A stretch of DNA of 64,000 bases from Gracilinanus agilis (taxonomy: Eukaryota). Made by a program: the position numbers and the translations under genes. The stretch covers positions 7,765,162 through 7,829,161 of the forward strand of contig NC_058133.1 of NCBI RefSeq assembly GCF_016433145.1, read 5' to 3'. Position 1 is the stretch's first letter. The number at the start of each line of letters is the position of its first letter. The notes below the pieces were generated by a model. The model was given only the letters and a program-made list of their open reading frames with translations. It did no database searches and had not been told where the DNA came from. Shown here one piece after another: positions 12,550 through 26,083 of this stretch.

Positions 12550-13760
12550 ATTTTCTTCTTGACCTTTTTATATGTATAAATAGTTTGATTTGATCTTTAC
12601 CTTCTAAATGCTCTTTTATGTCTGAATGGTTGAATCTATTGGAAAACCTTTATCATAGATGGAACTGTTTTTTTACTTCATTTTTCTTCTCATCTGTTAC
12701 TTCAAGGTCCCTTCCCAACTTTATGAAGGAGAAGATAGAAGAAGAGGAGTGAGTTGAGCATCAGTATTCTGTTTGGCATAATCTGCTTTTGTTCTTTCCT
12801 TCATACAGAGAACAATAAAAGGTTGTTATCCTTTATTTCCTATTAAGCCACTTTTAAAACCACATCCTCCTTAACATTTCTTTTAAGACTTTTCTCAATC
12901 TACCCTCTGTTGTATTCTCCCTTTTCCTCTACTTTTCCTTTTGAGAGAAATACATTTCTTTATTTGTGTCTATATTCTTTCCTAATGTGATCAGTTTAAA
13001 TGAAAATGAGGTTCAAGGACTCTCAACTCTTGATTCCCCCTTTCTCCTTGTTTATATAGACTTTTATTTGCACACCAAAATTATGTGATATAATTTCCCT
13101 ATAATTCCTCTTCCTCTACCAACTCCCAGTGTATCCTTCTTCTTCTCCCTTTCCATTCTTCTTTTAAGATACTCAAAATATAACACAACAGCTCACAGGT
13201 TTCTATTTAATTAGATTTCTCTATGACCTTTCATGAAAATAAAGATGATATATAAAGAATTTCTCCATATTAGAATGTAAGTAATTTATCCTTATTTAGT
13301 CCCTTGTGATTGCTCTCTCATGTTTATCTTTTTAATGTTTCTCTTGATTGCTGTATTGGCAATTTATAGTTTCTATGAAGTTTTGGTCTTTTCATCCATA
13401 ATGCTTAGAAATCCTCTATTTCACCGAAGATCTCTTTTTTCCTTTTACACTGCTTTTCTGGGTAAATTATTCTTGGTTGTAAGCCTAGATTTTTTTTTGT
13501 CCTTTGGAATATTATATTCCAAGTCATCTGTTCCTTTATACTGATGGTTGCTAAGTAGAGAGAATCATTGTTTATAAATCTTTGGTACTTGAATTCTTTT
13601 TTTTTCATAGTGTGATCATTGTCAGTTTCTATCTCTGGTATTCAAAGACCTCTCTCTTTGTCTCCCTATGTTGATCTGGGCTTAAAATTCGACTCACATT
13701 GATTTTTTCATTGGATTTCATTCTCAGGATTCGGTCTGATTCATTTTCTAGATTTTGTAG
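12550..13760 (-). mobile_element. Old L1 fragment covering ORF1 C-terminus and start of ORF2
   Basis: ORF 13405-13608 contains WNIIFQRTKKNLGLQPRIIYPEK, matching the L1 ORF1 motif WNMIFQKAKELGLQPRITYPAK. Boundaries approximate. Confidence 0.75.
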
Positions 13761-15039
13761 TGGAGCTAAATTGGAGGAGCCTTAGCCTTCTTTTTGNNNN
13801 NNNNNNNNNNNNNNNNNNNNNNNNNNNNNNNNNNNNNNNNNNNNNNNNNNNNNNNNNNNNNNNNNNNNNNNNNNNNNNNNNNNNNNNNNNNNNNNNNNNN
13901 NNNNNNNNNNNNNNNNNNNNNNNNNNNNNNNNNNNNNNNNNNNNNTCAATAAACATTTATTAAATTTCTATTATGTGCTAGGCACCAAGTAGACAAAGAC
14001 AAAAAATAAAACAACTGATTTTTAAAACATTCTGTTGGATGAAAGCTGAATGCACACAGAAACAGATTTTGAGAATGCATTATATCAATTATATAGAAGT
14101 ATAATTCTATCAGTGTATTGCTCTATGTATAAAGGGTACCCAAAGCCCATTTGTTGCCTATATGAGCAATAATAAAATTAATAAAATTTGCCAATAGAAC
14201 TTGTATCTCTGTGCGACACAATGGTTTTTTACTTTTAAATTGCAAGGTAGACTAAATTGTGTCTGTTACATAGAGCAATCTGGAGCACAGGGGGTGTAAA
14301 AACATTTGCCCAAGAAATGTCATTGAAAATTATTATTTCTCAATAATAATCAATAATTTCTAGGGCAATTGAGATTTGTTCACATTTGAAACAGATGCCT
14401 TTCTATTTGAATGAGAGAACAACTAGGCAAAACTGGCCAAGAGTTTTCAACTCCTTTTGTTTGTTTTGTTTGCACTTTTAAAAGTTATTGGGTACCCCTA
14501 AAGTTTTCTATGTAAATTATTTCTATTGACACTTTGTTGTTGTTCAGTCATTTCTGCTCACGTCTGACTCTTTGTGATCCCCATATAAGAAATTTAAAAA
14601 TGACAAAATTTAAAAATATTTATTTAATTCATTAATGGAACAATAATAAACTCATTATAGTTAACATAAATAATACATTTCCTGCAAAATATCAATATTT
14701 TTAAAAACAAAAAATTTACCAAGTGCTATTGTTTTACATATTTTTGCATCTCTTTTTGATGTCTTGTTTAAAAGAAGACTTTTGTATTTTCATATCTATT
14801 TCTGCCCTAAATATCTTGAAATGTGTTGTTTTAGTTGAATTAGATGAAGAAAATCTGGCTTTGTACACATATATTGTTCTAAAAAGGAGTGCTTTAATAG
14901 ATAAATAGCATCTTAGTATTATTAATATTTCTGATCTTGTAGACCTACTTGAAACAGTATCAGGGACACCTAGGGGTCCATTGAGCACCATTATCATTGA
15001 CATATTATGAACTTAATTATAATAATCCTTTATAAGCTA

Positions 15040-16900
15040 ATACTTTGACTAGTTCCCAACTGATAAGATTTAATTTCTCCTCGTAATTAATTTTTCTTTT
15101 CTTATAAGCATTTATAAGTTATTCTATTGGGTGCACACATGTTAAGAATTGAAATAAATTCATTTTGTTAGTGTTACCTTCCAGCAAAATGTGGCTTTCC
15201 TTTTTTTTTTCTTTAAAGTAATTCTATTTTTGCTATTGCCTTGTCTGAAGTCATAACTGCTGCTTCTTCCTCTTTTTGGACGTTGTATAGCTAAGATATT
15301 CTTTATGTTTCAAATCTGTTTCATGTAAAAACATAGTTAGATTTTGTTTACTAATTCTAATTTAATTTTGAATTCTCACTTATGTTGTATGGATAAATTA
15401 ATTTTATTCACATTTACGGTTATGAGAGTGATTTATTTATTTCCTTCCATTATCTCTTATATTTTTCATCTATAGGTCTTCTCTCTTTGTTTATTTCAAT
15501 TTATTGCCTTTCTCTTGTTCCTTTTAACTTTTTGTTCACTGTTTTCTCCAAGCTTAAGGTTTGGCTTAGTGGCTTTTTCCTTCTTTATGTTTCTATGTGC
15601 ATCCCTGTTTAATTGAACTTATTTCTATATCAAATTCTGTGTGTGTGATAATGTGTATGTATGTTTGTATTTGTATGTATTCTGTCCTTCTTTGACTAAT
15701 TTTGATGAAAGGGAAGTTCAAGTATTTCCGTCTCCTCCTTCTATGTTTGCATATAGTTCTACTAGGAAAACCCAATTATGTGTCTTAACAAGTTTCTTAA
15801 TATTTCCTCTCATTATCCCTTAATGTATCGATCTACTTCTTTTCTTTTTTCTTATATTCAAAATATAACAAAACTATAAGTCTTCTGTTTCAGTTGGTTA
15901 CCTCTGAGCCCTACTGTGGGATCAGAATTCTATAAGAACCATTTTTAATATCCCTCCTCTCCATTAAAATGCAAACCACTTATCCTTTTAAAATCCCTTC
16001 TGATTATCCATTGTCATTATCTTTTTATTTTTTTCTTGAATTATATATTTATATTTCAAAGTTACTTGTCAGTTCTTTTAGTCAGGGATATTTGAAAATC
16101 CTTTATTTCACTGAAAGACTCTTTTTCCTCTTGTAGAATGATATTGTTTTGCTAGGTAAGATATTCTATGTTGTAGATCTTTGTCTTTTGCCTTTTGGAA
16201 TATTTCCTTCCTTATTCTCTGTTTCTTTATTGTGATCGTTGCTAAATCTTGTGTGATCCTGATGGTGCTTTCCGAATTTTTTTTCTTTTGTCCAGCTGCT
16301 CTGGATGTTGACACTGATATTCTTCAGGGTTGAATATTTTGAGTTTCCTTCAGAAGTAATGATGGATTTTTTTCCATTTTCACATTCCTTCTTGTTCCAG
16401 TATGGTTAGGATATTTTCTTTAAATATTTCTTGAAATATGATATCCATGTCTTTTTTATTTTTATTTTTTGCTCATGAATTTCAGGTAGTCCTAGAATGA
16501 ATATCTCCTTGGTCTTTCTTACAGATCTGTTGTGTTCAACATACAATTTATTATACATTTCTCAATTTTCTAACTCTTTTGACTGTTTTAAGAATTCTTC
16601 TCATCCATTTGAATAATTAATTCCCATTTGGCTCATTCTAATTTTTAGGGAATTTATTACTACAGTAAGGTTTTGTATATCTTCTGTTAAACCATCAATA
16701 TCTTTTCCAGTTGTTTTGTCCTTTGCTCTCATTTCTTCTATAAAAACTTTTATAACTCTTGCATCATTTGTTAAAAAAATTATAATTATCTTTTTGAGCA
16801 ATCTGTTTTTAATATTTTTATTATAGATATTTAATATTATTTTTTGGTTATATTTAAATACCCAGTTAACTCCCATTAAAGAAGGCATCATTTGGCAAAA
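15040..16900 (-). mobile_element. Second old L1 fragment with ORF1 and start of ORF2
   Basis: ORF 16108-16314 contains STIRITQDLATITIKKQRIRKEIFQKAKDKDLQHRISYLAK (L1 ORF1); antisense endonuclease-region sequence near 15040-15350. Boundaries approximate. Confidence 0.75.
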
Positions 16901-16959
16901 AGACACCCCCAAACACACATATAATGCCATCCTACTTATTTTTATTTAGCAGTTCTTTC

Positions 16960-17845
16960 TCTAGGGGTGGGCATTTACAAGCTGTTCTTCAAATAGTATT
17001 TCCATTACTATATATAATGTTGTTTTGCTTCTTCTCACTTCACTCTTCATAATTTCTTGTAGACCTTTCCATGTTTTTGGGAAATTAACCTGCTCATAAT
17101 TTCTTATGGTATAGTAGTATTCCATCACAATCACATGGCACAACTTGTTTGGCCATTTCTCAATTAATGAGCATCCCTTAAATTTCCAGTTCTTTATCAC
17201 CACAAAATATATGCTAAAAATAATTTAGAACACATACTTTCTATTCCATTTTCTTAGGAAATAAACCCAATAATGGGACAAAAGGCACATACAGGAATAG
17301 GGAACCTATTATCTATCAGATTTATGACTAGGTAAAGAATTTATGAATAAAAAGGAAATAGAAAACACGAGATGTAAAATGGATAATTTTGAATACTTTA
17401 AAGTGAAAAGTTTTCATACAAATAAAACTAAAGTAGCCAAGATTATATGGAAAGTAGTAAATTTTGGGGGAAATTTATAGACAGTTTTTCTGATAGAGGT
17501 CTCATATGTAAAATATGTAGAGAAATTTGTTAAATTTATGAGAATATAAGCCATTCTCCAATTAATAAATGATCAAAAGATATGAACAGAAAGTTTTTGG
17601 ACAAAGAAATCACAGTTATATGTAAATATAAGAAAAAATATTACAAATCATTATTGACTAGAGTAATGCAAATCAAAACAACCCTGAGATATCATCTCAT
17701 ACCTATTGGATTGGCTAAAATGATAAAAGAGCAAAATGACAGATGGAGGGAATGTGGAAAAATGATGACACTAATACACTGTTGGTAGAACTGAACTGAT
17801 CCGATCATTTGGGAGAGTAATCTAGAATTATGTTTAAAGAGTTGT
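16960..17845 (-). mobile_element. Old L1 ORF2 3' fragment with inverted 5' segment (minus piece about 16960-17294, plus piece about 17295-17845)
   Basis: Minus-strand peptide WKFKGCSLIEKWPNKLCHVIVMEYYYTIRN; plus-strand peptide RVMQIKTTLRYHLIPIGLAKM...LIHCW. The two pieces are adjacent in L1 coordinates. Confidence 0.82.
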
Positions 17846-20800
17846 CACTATTTGGTAAAAAGTGTTGGAAGAATTGGAAAGCAGTCTGATATAACTAGAT
17901 ATAGACCAATAGCTTACATCATTTACCAAGATAAGATTATAGGTATTTTTGAGTTATTCTCTTTTTCTGGGTTTGTGCCTTGGTTATTCCNNNNNNNNNN
18001 NNNNNNNNNNNNNNNNNNNNNNNNNNNNNNNNNNNNNNNNNNNNNNNNNNNNNNNNNNNNNNNNNNNNNNNNNNNNNNNNNNNNNNNNNNNNNNNNNNNN
18101 NNNNNNNNNNNNNNNNNNNNNNNNNNNNNNNNNNNNNNNNNNNNNNNTTTTTGTTGTTGTTGCTGAGTTTCCTTTAACTATGTGGTCTTTCGTGAGGACT
18201 TTTCCTTCACCACGGACACCAAAGCTCTCCTCTATTACAATCAGCTTTATTTGAAGCCATTTTTTTGGATAAGGAGAAAAATGAAGAAGAGGCTTTTTCT
18301 TTAATGTTCAGTGAAATCTGAGGATACCCTCCTCTTGCAGGAGAGAGTGAGCTGAGTTCTTTTCCTTGAGAGGAGGAGAGGTTAAAGTTTTTTTTTTTCC
18401 TTTCACAATTCTCTTTAAATCAGCTGTCAGTCTTAGAGAAAGCTTTTTCTTTTTCACATTGAGATCTGTTTTTCTCCTTCGTGGATAGAGTTTTTTTAAA
18501 CCTTAGCTTGAAGTCTATCCATTTCCCTTTAGTCTTTCAGGGAGTTTCTTTCCTGCTGCAGTATTTGGGGCTTTCACATCCACTAGATACCAAGGCTTAC
18601 ACACCCTGGATGTGTGACTATGAGAAAATTCCTTGACTTAAGCAAGTCTCTAAGATGTTTAGATTCAGACTAGCTGAAGATCTACTTGGATGGAGGGGAT
18701 TGGCTTTCTGGGAGGTCCCCACCCAGACCAAGTGATCAGTCCAGGCCCTTCTCCCTACCTAATAAATAATCTGAAGGTCTCTTAGTTTCTCTGTTATGAA
18801 TAGTAAATAACTATCTTAGATGTCACCCCTTAATTGCCAGAGATAACTAAAACTTTCACAAAGAATGGTCCTCATTGGCTGCAGCCCACTGTTTATGAAG
18901 AGAGATTTCCTGAGTTCGATTCTCTCCCTCCACTGCGTTGGCGCTCACCAGCCCCCCTCATTCATTAGGGACCATTTCAGCAGGATGCTTTTGGCTAAGT
19001 GGCCGCTTTATTCCACCCCACCCCCCCACTCCCCACTCCCAAATCCAGGACTGTTTACAAAAAAGACAATGGGAACAAAGGGAACATTTTGTTAAATGGA
19101 AGAACTTGGTTCATTATTCAAGATTCTCCATAGCACTCCATCCATTGGCCCATGTTCCCTCTCTATCAGCTGCTGAATATTTTAGCTAGGAAAACTCAGG
19201 AGATGAGCTCAGGAAGACCTGAAAGGGTTGCCATTTGGGGGAGGAGGTCCCTTCCAAGTTTGCCAAATATTTTGTGAGGAATTATCACCCCTATTTTACA
19301 GATGAAGACACCGAGGCCCACAGAGGTGAAATAACTTTCACAGGGTCACACAGCGACCAGGCATGGGAGACGGGATGTGAGTGGGACGTCTTCCTGATGT
19401 GCCATCATTACTATGCCTGTTTAACGATGATAAACAAAGCCTTGCTTAGTGGATGGTGACGTCCAACCTCCCATGATGATTTAGTATTTTATCTTTACTT
19501 TAAAAACTCTGACCTGCCTAAATCTCTGTTCCTGTGCCAAGATTTTCAGGCTCCTGTTGGCCAAGAAGGGCCAGCATGCTCTCACTGCTGCCAGGACCAT
19601 GGAGAGCTCTTGGAGTGGAGCTTCCTGCATGGAGGAGCTCTAGCAGTCTGTGATTTGGTAGAGAAAGAGGTTCCAGGGATTTGTCTGACTGCAGAAAGCT
19701 TAAGGAGGCGTCCAAGGGCCACACAGCTGGCCTCTTAGAGGTGATGCTCGATCCAAGGCCATTTTGACTTGGAGGCGAGTCTTCCGCGCTCCATGCCCTA
19801 CTCAGATAGGTTCTCCTTGAGGGAGGGACCTAACCAGCTCTAGGAGAAAACGAACCTCCCCAGCTTTAGGCTTGGGATGCCTTTTTTCTTCTATATTCAA
19901 GTTAGCCAGTATCCATTCAACAGAGTTTTTAAAAAAGAACCTCCAACCTCTGTGTTTTAAAAAAGAAATACATTTGACACTTACAGAAGAATTATTGCTC
20001 GGAAAAAGGGAAAATGCGTGAAATTTTTTTACATAATGGAACAGGCATTGCATAACAAACTTGACTAGGCAGGGGTGCTTAAAATAACCCAATAATTGTA
20101 TTACTTAAAGACACACCAGGTGGCTTTTTATTTTTGACTGACTTAAAAAAAAAAAAAAGGTTTCGAGCCTGCCAGTCGACAGATTTCCAAGCACTGTCCA
20201 ATGCCACTTTCCTTCCAAAGGGAGAGTTATTTGTCTCATCTTTAATTCTGGGCATTCAACATATAAAAGAGGCCCATAGATCTGGACTCCAACTTCAGAG
20301 GCCATCTAGTACAACCTCCTCATTTTGGAAATGAGAAAAAAGAACTGAAATGGAACTGAAAGTTACTCCCTCAGGGTTACGTGGATGGTCCATATCTGAG
20401 ACAAGATTCGAACTCTGGTCTTTTCACTCCAAACCGATACCCCTTCTACCTTATCACACTGTCAACACAGCATCAGTATGAAGTAATGACCACATCGCAC
20501 GTCATTCTGCTGTTTCTCAATGTGCCAGCTTTGGAGAGGGCTTTTCTCCAGTAGTAAATGATGTCCAGAAAAGTGATTTAAGGTGGACGGATGGCCTTAA
20601 ATGCTCTACTCCATGTGGTCTTCGTGCAAAGCCTGGGAGTGCTGTGACAGTTATAATCATTCCCATTTTACAGAAGAGAAAAGCGAGGCTTTTTATCGGT
20701 GAAATGACTTGCTGAGTCACCCAGCTAAGTGACCAGGGCTGGACACAACCTGCGGTTTCTGTGACTTGACTGAGGAGCAGCTAACGACAACGCCGTGCCA

Positions 20801-21359
20801 GCTCTTAACACCAGCTGGGAGGCTATTTAGAAATCTAGCAGCTGGAGCGGGTGGTCCTGATGGCGGGGAGAGATGAAGGAGAATTGGCCATTTTTGCTGG
20901 CCTGCCAAAGTTTTACCTTTGAATTCACACGTCTATATTCTAAAGCTAAAGATGAAAGCCGTGGCAGCCAGATCTCATCTGATGCTAAAGACATCAGATA
21001 AAAAATGCTTTCAGCGTGAGCGTTCAAAGGCGTGATTATCGAGTGGAAGCAAAACCTCTCTAACAGGGGATGCATCTTAAAGCTTGAATTCAGTATGAGG
21101 AGCCTTCAAAGCTGCGCGGTCAGTGGGGCTTCGCAGAACCAAAATTCCACGCGGCTCGCTGGAGAAGCTCCATCCAGACACATCTGAGAAGTCTCTAAGG
21201 GAAGAGATGGCCTGAGATCTCTGCAATTTTCCAAAGCAAATACAAAAATAAGGAAAAGGACTTTCTTTTTGAACCACTTTTTCCTCAATAAAGTCTCGAG
21301 TGATTTATTCTTAGTGTGACGTTTTCAGCTGAAACAAGTGAACGCCATATCTATGAGGA

Positions 21360-21800
21360 CGTGGACCAGCTGGGGAGGGCTCAGAGAAGGGCTACCGGAA
21401 TGAAGAAAGACCTGCAGTTCAGCCAATAGGAGGGCTACCAGAAGGAAATGGAGAGGTTTAGCCTGGGAACGAGGTGACATTGGGGGGGCTGGCCCTAAGC
21501 GTATTCAAGTATTTGCAAAACTGTCCCATAGAAGAGAAAATAGCTCGATTTTACTTGAAACAAAGGGCAGAAGCAGAGAGAATTGGATGGAAATTGCAGA
21601 GCTCCAAATGCTGTCTGGACAAATTCTCTAACTTTTAGAGCTGCCCCAAAGTGGAATGAGAGATGGGTTCTTCCTTCTTGGAGGTGTTCAGGCCGAGCCT
21701 GGATGACCGCTGGCCAGATCGGTTCTGGTGGGGTTTCCAATGAGGCGTAGGTTGGATGAGCTGCTACAGCCCTTTCCAACACTCAAGTTCCAGGATTTGA
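21360..21800 (+). mobile_element. CR1/L3 LINE 3' fragment (first of two)
   Basis: cagagaagggctacc, attcaagtatttg and the CR1 3' block aattctctaacttttagagctgccccaaagtggaatg...ttggaggtgttcaggccgagcctggatgacc. Confidence 0.7.
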
Positions 21801-21944
21801 GGAGTGCATCGAGGGCTCACTTTAGAAGGATTCAGAGTTTTATAGAAGGTGTAAGATCCTCTCATACTTGGACCTTCACTTGAAATGAACACAATTTCAA
21901 AAAAAAGGAAATCAAAATTTTATTGAAGCTTTTTTTTTTTTCAA

Positions 21945-22520
21945 ATTCATACTGGAACTGGAGTTTTGTGTTCAGTCATCGGCACCACATTTTAGAAAAA
22001 CTGGCCACTTAGTGAGTGTCCAGAGAAGGGCAATCGGTCTAGTGAAGGCTCTCGAGTTCATTCTCTATGAGGATCAATGGAAATCCCTGGGACACCTGGT
22101 GAGAGCTGCTCAGAGGGGCAGAGCCAGGTAGGAGGACTCCATGGGAACCCGTAAGGCCATGCGCTGTCATGAACCATTTTCGGTGGAGTAGAAGGTAGAG
22201 TAGTTTGGGGAGGGGGAGACAGCTTTCTTCAAACACTTGAATGACTGTCCTATGGGAGAGGCAGAGAGGACAGGACCACAGACGATGGGAGAAAATGACA
22301 GAGGCAAACTGGACCTTGATGCGGGGTTGGGAGGGGATGGGGATTCCTACTGAGGACGTCTGTCCAAAAATGAAACAGGTTCCTTTGAGAGGGGGTGGTG
22401 GCTTCACCCTCCCTGAGGATCTTCACTCAGAACCTGGATGACCTGCTGTCTGCTATCCTGGACAAGGGAATACGTGTCAGGCTTGGGTTGGATGAGATTG
22501 CGCTGAGATCATTCTAAGCT
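21945..22520 (+). mobile_element. CR1/L3 LINE 3' fragment (second of two)
   Basis: From 21958 translates LEFCVQSSAPHFRKTGHLVSVQRRAIGLVKALEFILYEDQWKSLG, matching the CR1 ORF2 C-terminal motif LEYCVQFWAPHFKKD...VQRRA...YEERLKELG. Confidence 0.85.
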
Positions 22521-22663
22521 TAAAACCATGTGATGCTGAGCTTCTAGCAGAAGACAAGCTCTCTGAGGGCAAAGCCTACCGGATTTCTTTTGCCTTTGTA
22601 TCCCCGAGGCTTACCATGCTCCATTGTTCAAAGTGGGAGCTTAGTAAATGCTTGTTGAATGTA

Positions 22664-22897
22664 CTTGTTGTCATGTCCAACTCTCCATGACCTCATTGGA
22701 GTTTTCTTGGCAAAGAGGCTACAGCGGTTTGTCATTTCCTTCCCCAGCACATTTTATATGAGGAAATGAGGCCAGCTGGGTTAAGTGACTTGTGCAGAGT
22801 TCCTAGGCTAAGAAGTGGCTGATCTGGATTTGAACTCAGGTCTTTCTAAATCCAGGCTTGATACCCTATCCATTGTTCCTGTGTCCTAGCTTCCTGT
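22664..22897 (-). mobile_element. MAR1-type SINE
   Basis: gttttcttggcaaag tail motif, gggttaagtgacttg core, ggatttgaactcaggtct antisense B-box. Confidence 0.7.
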
Positions 22898-22927
22898 TGA
22901 AAGGACAGATCAAGTTATTCTCTCCCT

Positions 22928-22930
<3 letters not shown>

Positions 22931-22992
<62 letters not shown>
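22931..22992. repeat. (TC)31 microsatellite
   Basis: Read directly. Confidence 0.97.
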
Positions 22993-22995
<3 letters not shown>

Positions 22996-25900
22996 ATTCA
23001 ATAAAAGCTCATTAATTGATTTCTCACTATGAATAAGAGGCAAAATTAGAAGGCAAGAATTAAAAAGTAGGTCATCCTTGACGAGTTATGGATGTGCTCA
23101 AGATGGGCTTCATGGCCCCAATGTGGTGAGTCAATAAGCACCACTTGCACTTGCCATGATTTCTCCGTTTGTACTCTACTTACAGCCCCCTTGGCCCCAT
23201 CTCCCTAACCTGGGAGTGCCATGAATTCTATGACAGGTGTCCGTCCTACTAGTGACAAAGGAGTATAGAAGAAGGGCCGCTGGATTTCAAGGCAGAAGAC
23301 CAAAGGTCTAACTCCACATTCTGACTGAGCTCCTCTACTCTGAGTAAGCCTGTGAGACTTTGGACAAATCCATTTACATTTCTGGGCCTTGGGTTCCTTA
23401 CCTCTAACAGAAGGAGTCAGTGCTATGGTTCTTTCTGGATCTAAATCTCATGGTCCCCAACCTTGTGTCTCCCAAGTGACTAGCAGAAGGTGACTCACTC
23501 GAGGGAATTTGAAGAACTGACCTGAGATGTTTCTTCATTCAAGAAATGGCATCATGTTCAAAGACTTCGGAGGAAAGTGACTTGAGGATCTATTTTACCA
23601 AGTGCTGCTTTCAAGCAAAAAATGCCGTACCTCTCCTATTGAATACCTCTCATCCTTTGCCTTTTCTCTTCATTTCAGTGTTGTCATCTGTCCTCTAAAA
23701 GGCAGAGTTCAGAAATGGCTTCTACTCTACCTAAAACTGTCCCTGATATTGTAAGCCTTGGCTGGCTTCTTTGGATTCCCCTTCCTCTGCCTCTCTAGCA
23801 TGATTCCCAATGGATGCTGTCCATCTTGTTGAAGGTGGTTATTTGCATCTCGTCTCCCCTTTAAACTGTACGCCCCTTGAGGGCAGGGATTGATTTTGGC
23901 TTTTTTCAGTATCTTTTTGCCTTTTATGTATTCTCACTGCTTGACACGATGCCTGAAATACAGGAGGGGCTGTGGACTTGACTGCTTTATCCATTCTCTC
24001 CTCTAAGTCTCCCCTGCGGCCTCTTTCTCCTGTGGCACACGGAACCCAAGGTTTATCGACAGCACTAATCTTCCATCTCCTTGTCCCAGTAGAAATTAGG
24101 GGACCTTTTCCCATGGAGCCCTCCTTCCCCTCTCTGACCCCTGCCAATCGTACCCCTTATGCAGTTACTATATCCTATTTGGGATGGCTTTTTGTGCATG
24201 TGTCTTACTTTCCCCCACCAGACTGGACGAACATTGAGGGCAGCGATCCTACTTTATTCGTCCTTCTAATACCCTGAATGCTTAGCAATAATTTATTCAT
24301 ACATTCATTCAATAAAGTTTTTATTGAATGTTCACTATGAGCTAGGCCTGTGTCCACTGTGATCAGCACCAGAGGAGGAATAAAGTTTAATTAAGACAAG
24401 GTCTTTGCCCTCATGGTATTTGCATACGCTTAATAAATATTCCGAATGAGTCTGACATTTAGAACATTGGCTAGCGCTGAAAGGGGCCTTAAGGCTCATC
24501 TCATTTAATGTTTCCCACGTGATGTCAATGATGGAACAATTTTAGACTTGAAATAAATTGATATAAATTCTTGGGACCATGATGGGTAAGAAATAAGGAA
24601 GGTAGAACAAAGAGGGGAAATAGGGTGTAGTTATCAAGGAGAGAGAACCAGGGAGGGGAAGGCAATGGCAGGAAGGGTCCTTGAAGAAAGTGAGAGATGG
24701 GCTAGTAATCACTGAGGGGAGGGATCAGAGAGACGTCCCCCCTGGAAGAGGAAGTTTCTTTTTCGAGGTCACTCCATTATTCTCCATCCAAGCAGCCAGG
24801 GGCTTTCATCTTCCTCCTGCCCTTGGATTCTGTTCCACTAACTTATGACCCTTTACTCCACCTTAGGCATGATGGAATCAACGCCTGAGAAGAACAATCA
24901 AACTTTCTTCTGAAACCCTCTCTTTTGGGGGTTCTATTCTACATATTTTGTTACTTTCTCTATTTAAATATTTTATATAACGAAGGTTTTTCCTTGGGAC
25001 AAGATTTGGGAACTCTAGGCCTAGTCTCGATTCATCATTCTATGGGGAAGGAAAATGAAGCCCAAAGAGGTTCAGAGACTTTCCGGAGGTTGTTCAGCTC
25101 AGCCATGACCAAGACGTGATGGGAACTCTGCGGCCAGGATGCTCTCCATTTACCAAAGGGCTAAATGCACATCGATGGCATCTCTGACTCACGGTTTCTT
25201 TCCTACATACACAGACACTTTTGGCCAATCCCTGAAGGCCTCACGGGTCCCCCCCAACCTGAACTCACCTTCTTCCTCTCATCTCCAATAATGGCTTTTG
25301 TGGATGCCATATTTTTGCTAATTAATCATCCAGACATCTCTCCAATAATTGCCTTAAACTGGGACTGAAATTGAGTTTTTTATGATCACGGATGCAGCTG
25401 AAACACTACCAGGGCACAGTCATGGCCCTCGGGATTCACACTCTACCTCAGACTCAGCTGAATGAAGCTGGGCGAGTTGCTTAACTGGTCCACCTCTCGG
25501 TGTCTCCATCTGTGAGAAGAAAGGACTGAGCTCCCTGGCCTCTAGAGCTCCTTGTAGTCCTCAAATCCATGGTCACCGCCTGCTACTGGAAGTAGCCCAA
25601 TCGGAGGACTTAAGGCAGGTGGAAAGACGCCAAGGATCACTGAGGGAGGTGCGGAGCTGGAAGCGGGAGCATGGAACTTGGGGTCAGGAGACCCGGGCTT
25701 GGATCTCGGCTCTTCCCTTGTAGGTGACCTCGAGTAAGTCACTTCCACCAACCTTAATTTCCCTACTTGTAAAATGGAAACGAGAATGTGTGTCCTCTGT
25801 GCTACGTAGAGTTGTGAGGAAAATCCTCATTTAAGCTTAAAATGCGACAGGAAAACCAGCATGTGATGTAATAAATACTTCCTGTTCTCCTCCAGCTCTG

Positions 25901-26083
25901 ACCCCAGCAAGTGGTCAATAATATTTCCCCATTTGATTTCTCCCTTCCTGCCCTTCACGCATGACAGAGACCTGGCCCTACGCTTAGAAAATTTTGATTT
26001 CAAGCACTCCAAATGTGAATTTTCTCTCTGTCTGAACAAATGAAAATATGAAAAGAAAGAGAAAGAGAATGATCAATACTCAC

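Noticed and set aside
18208-18218. CACCACGGACA, resembling the centre of a REST/RE1 site
   Set aside because: Both half-sites are broken (no TCAG before, no G after GGACA).
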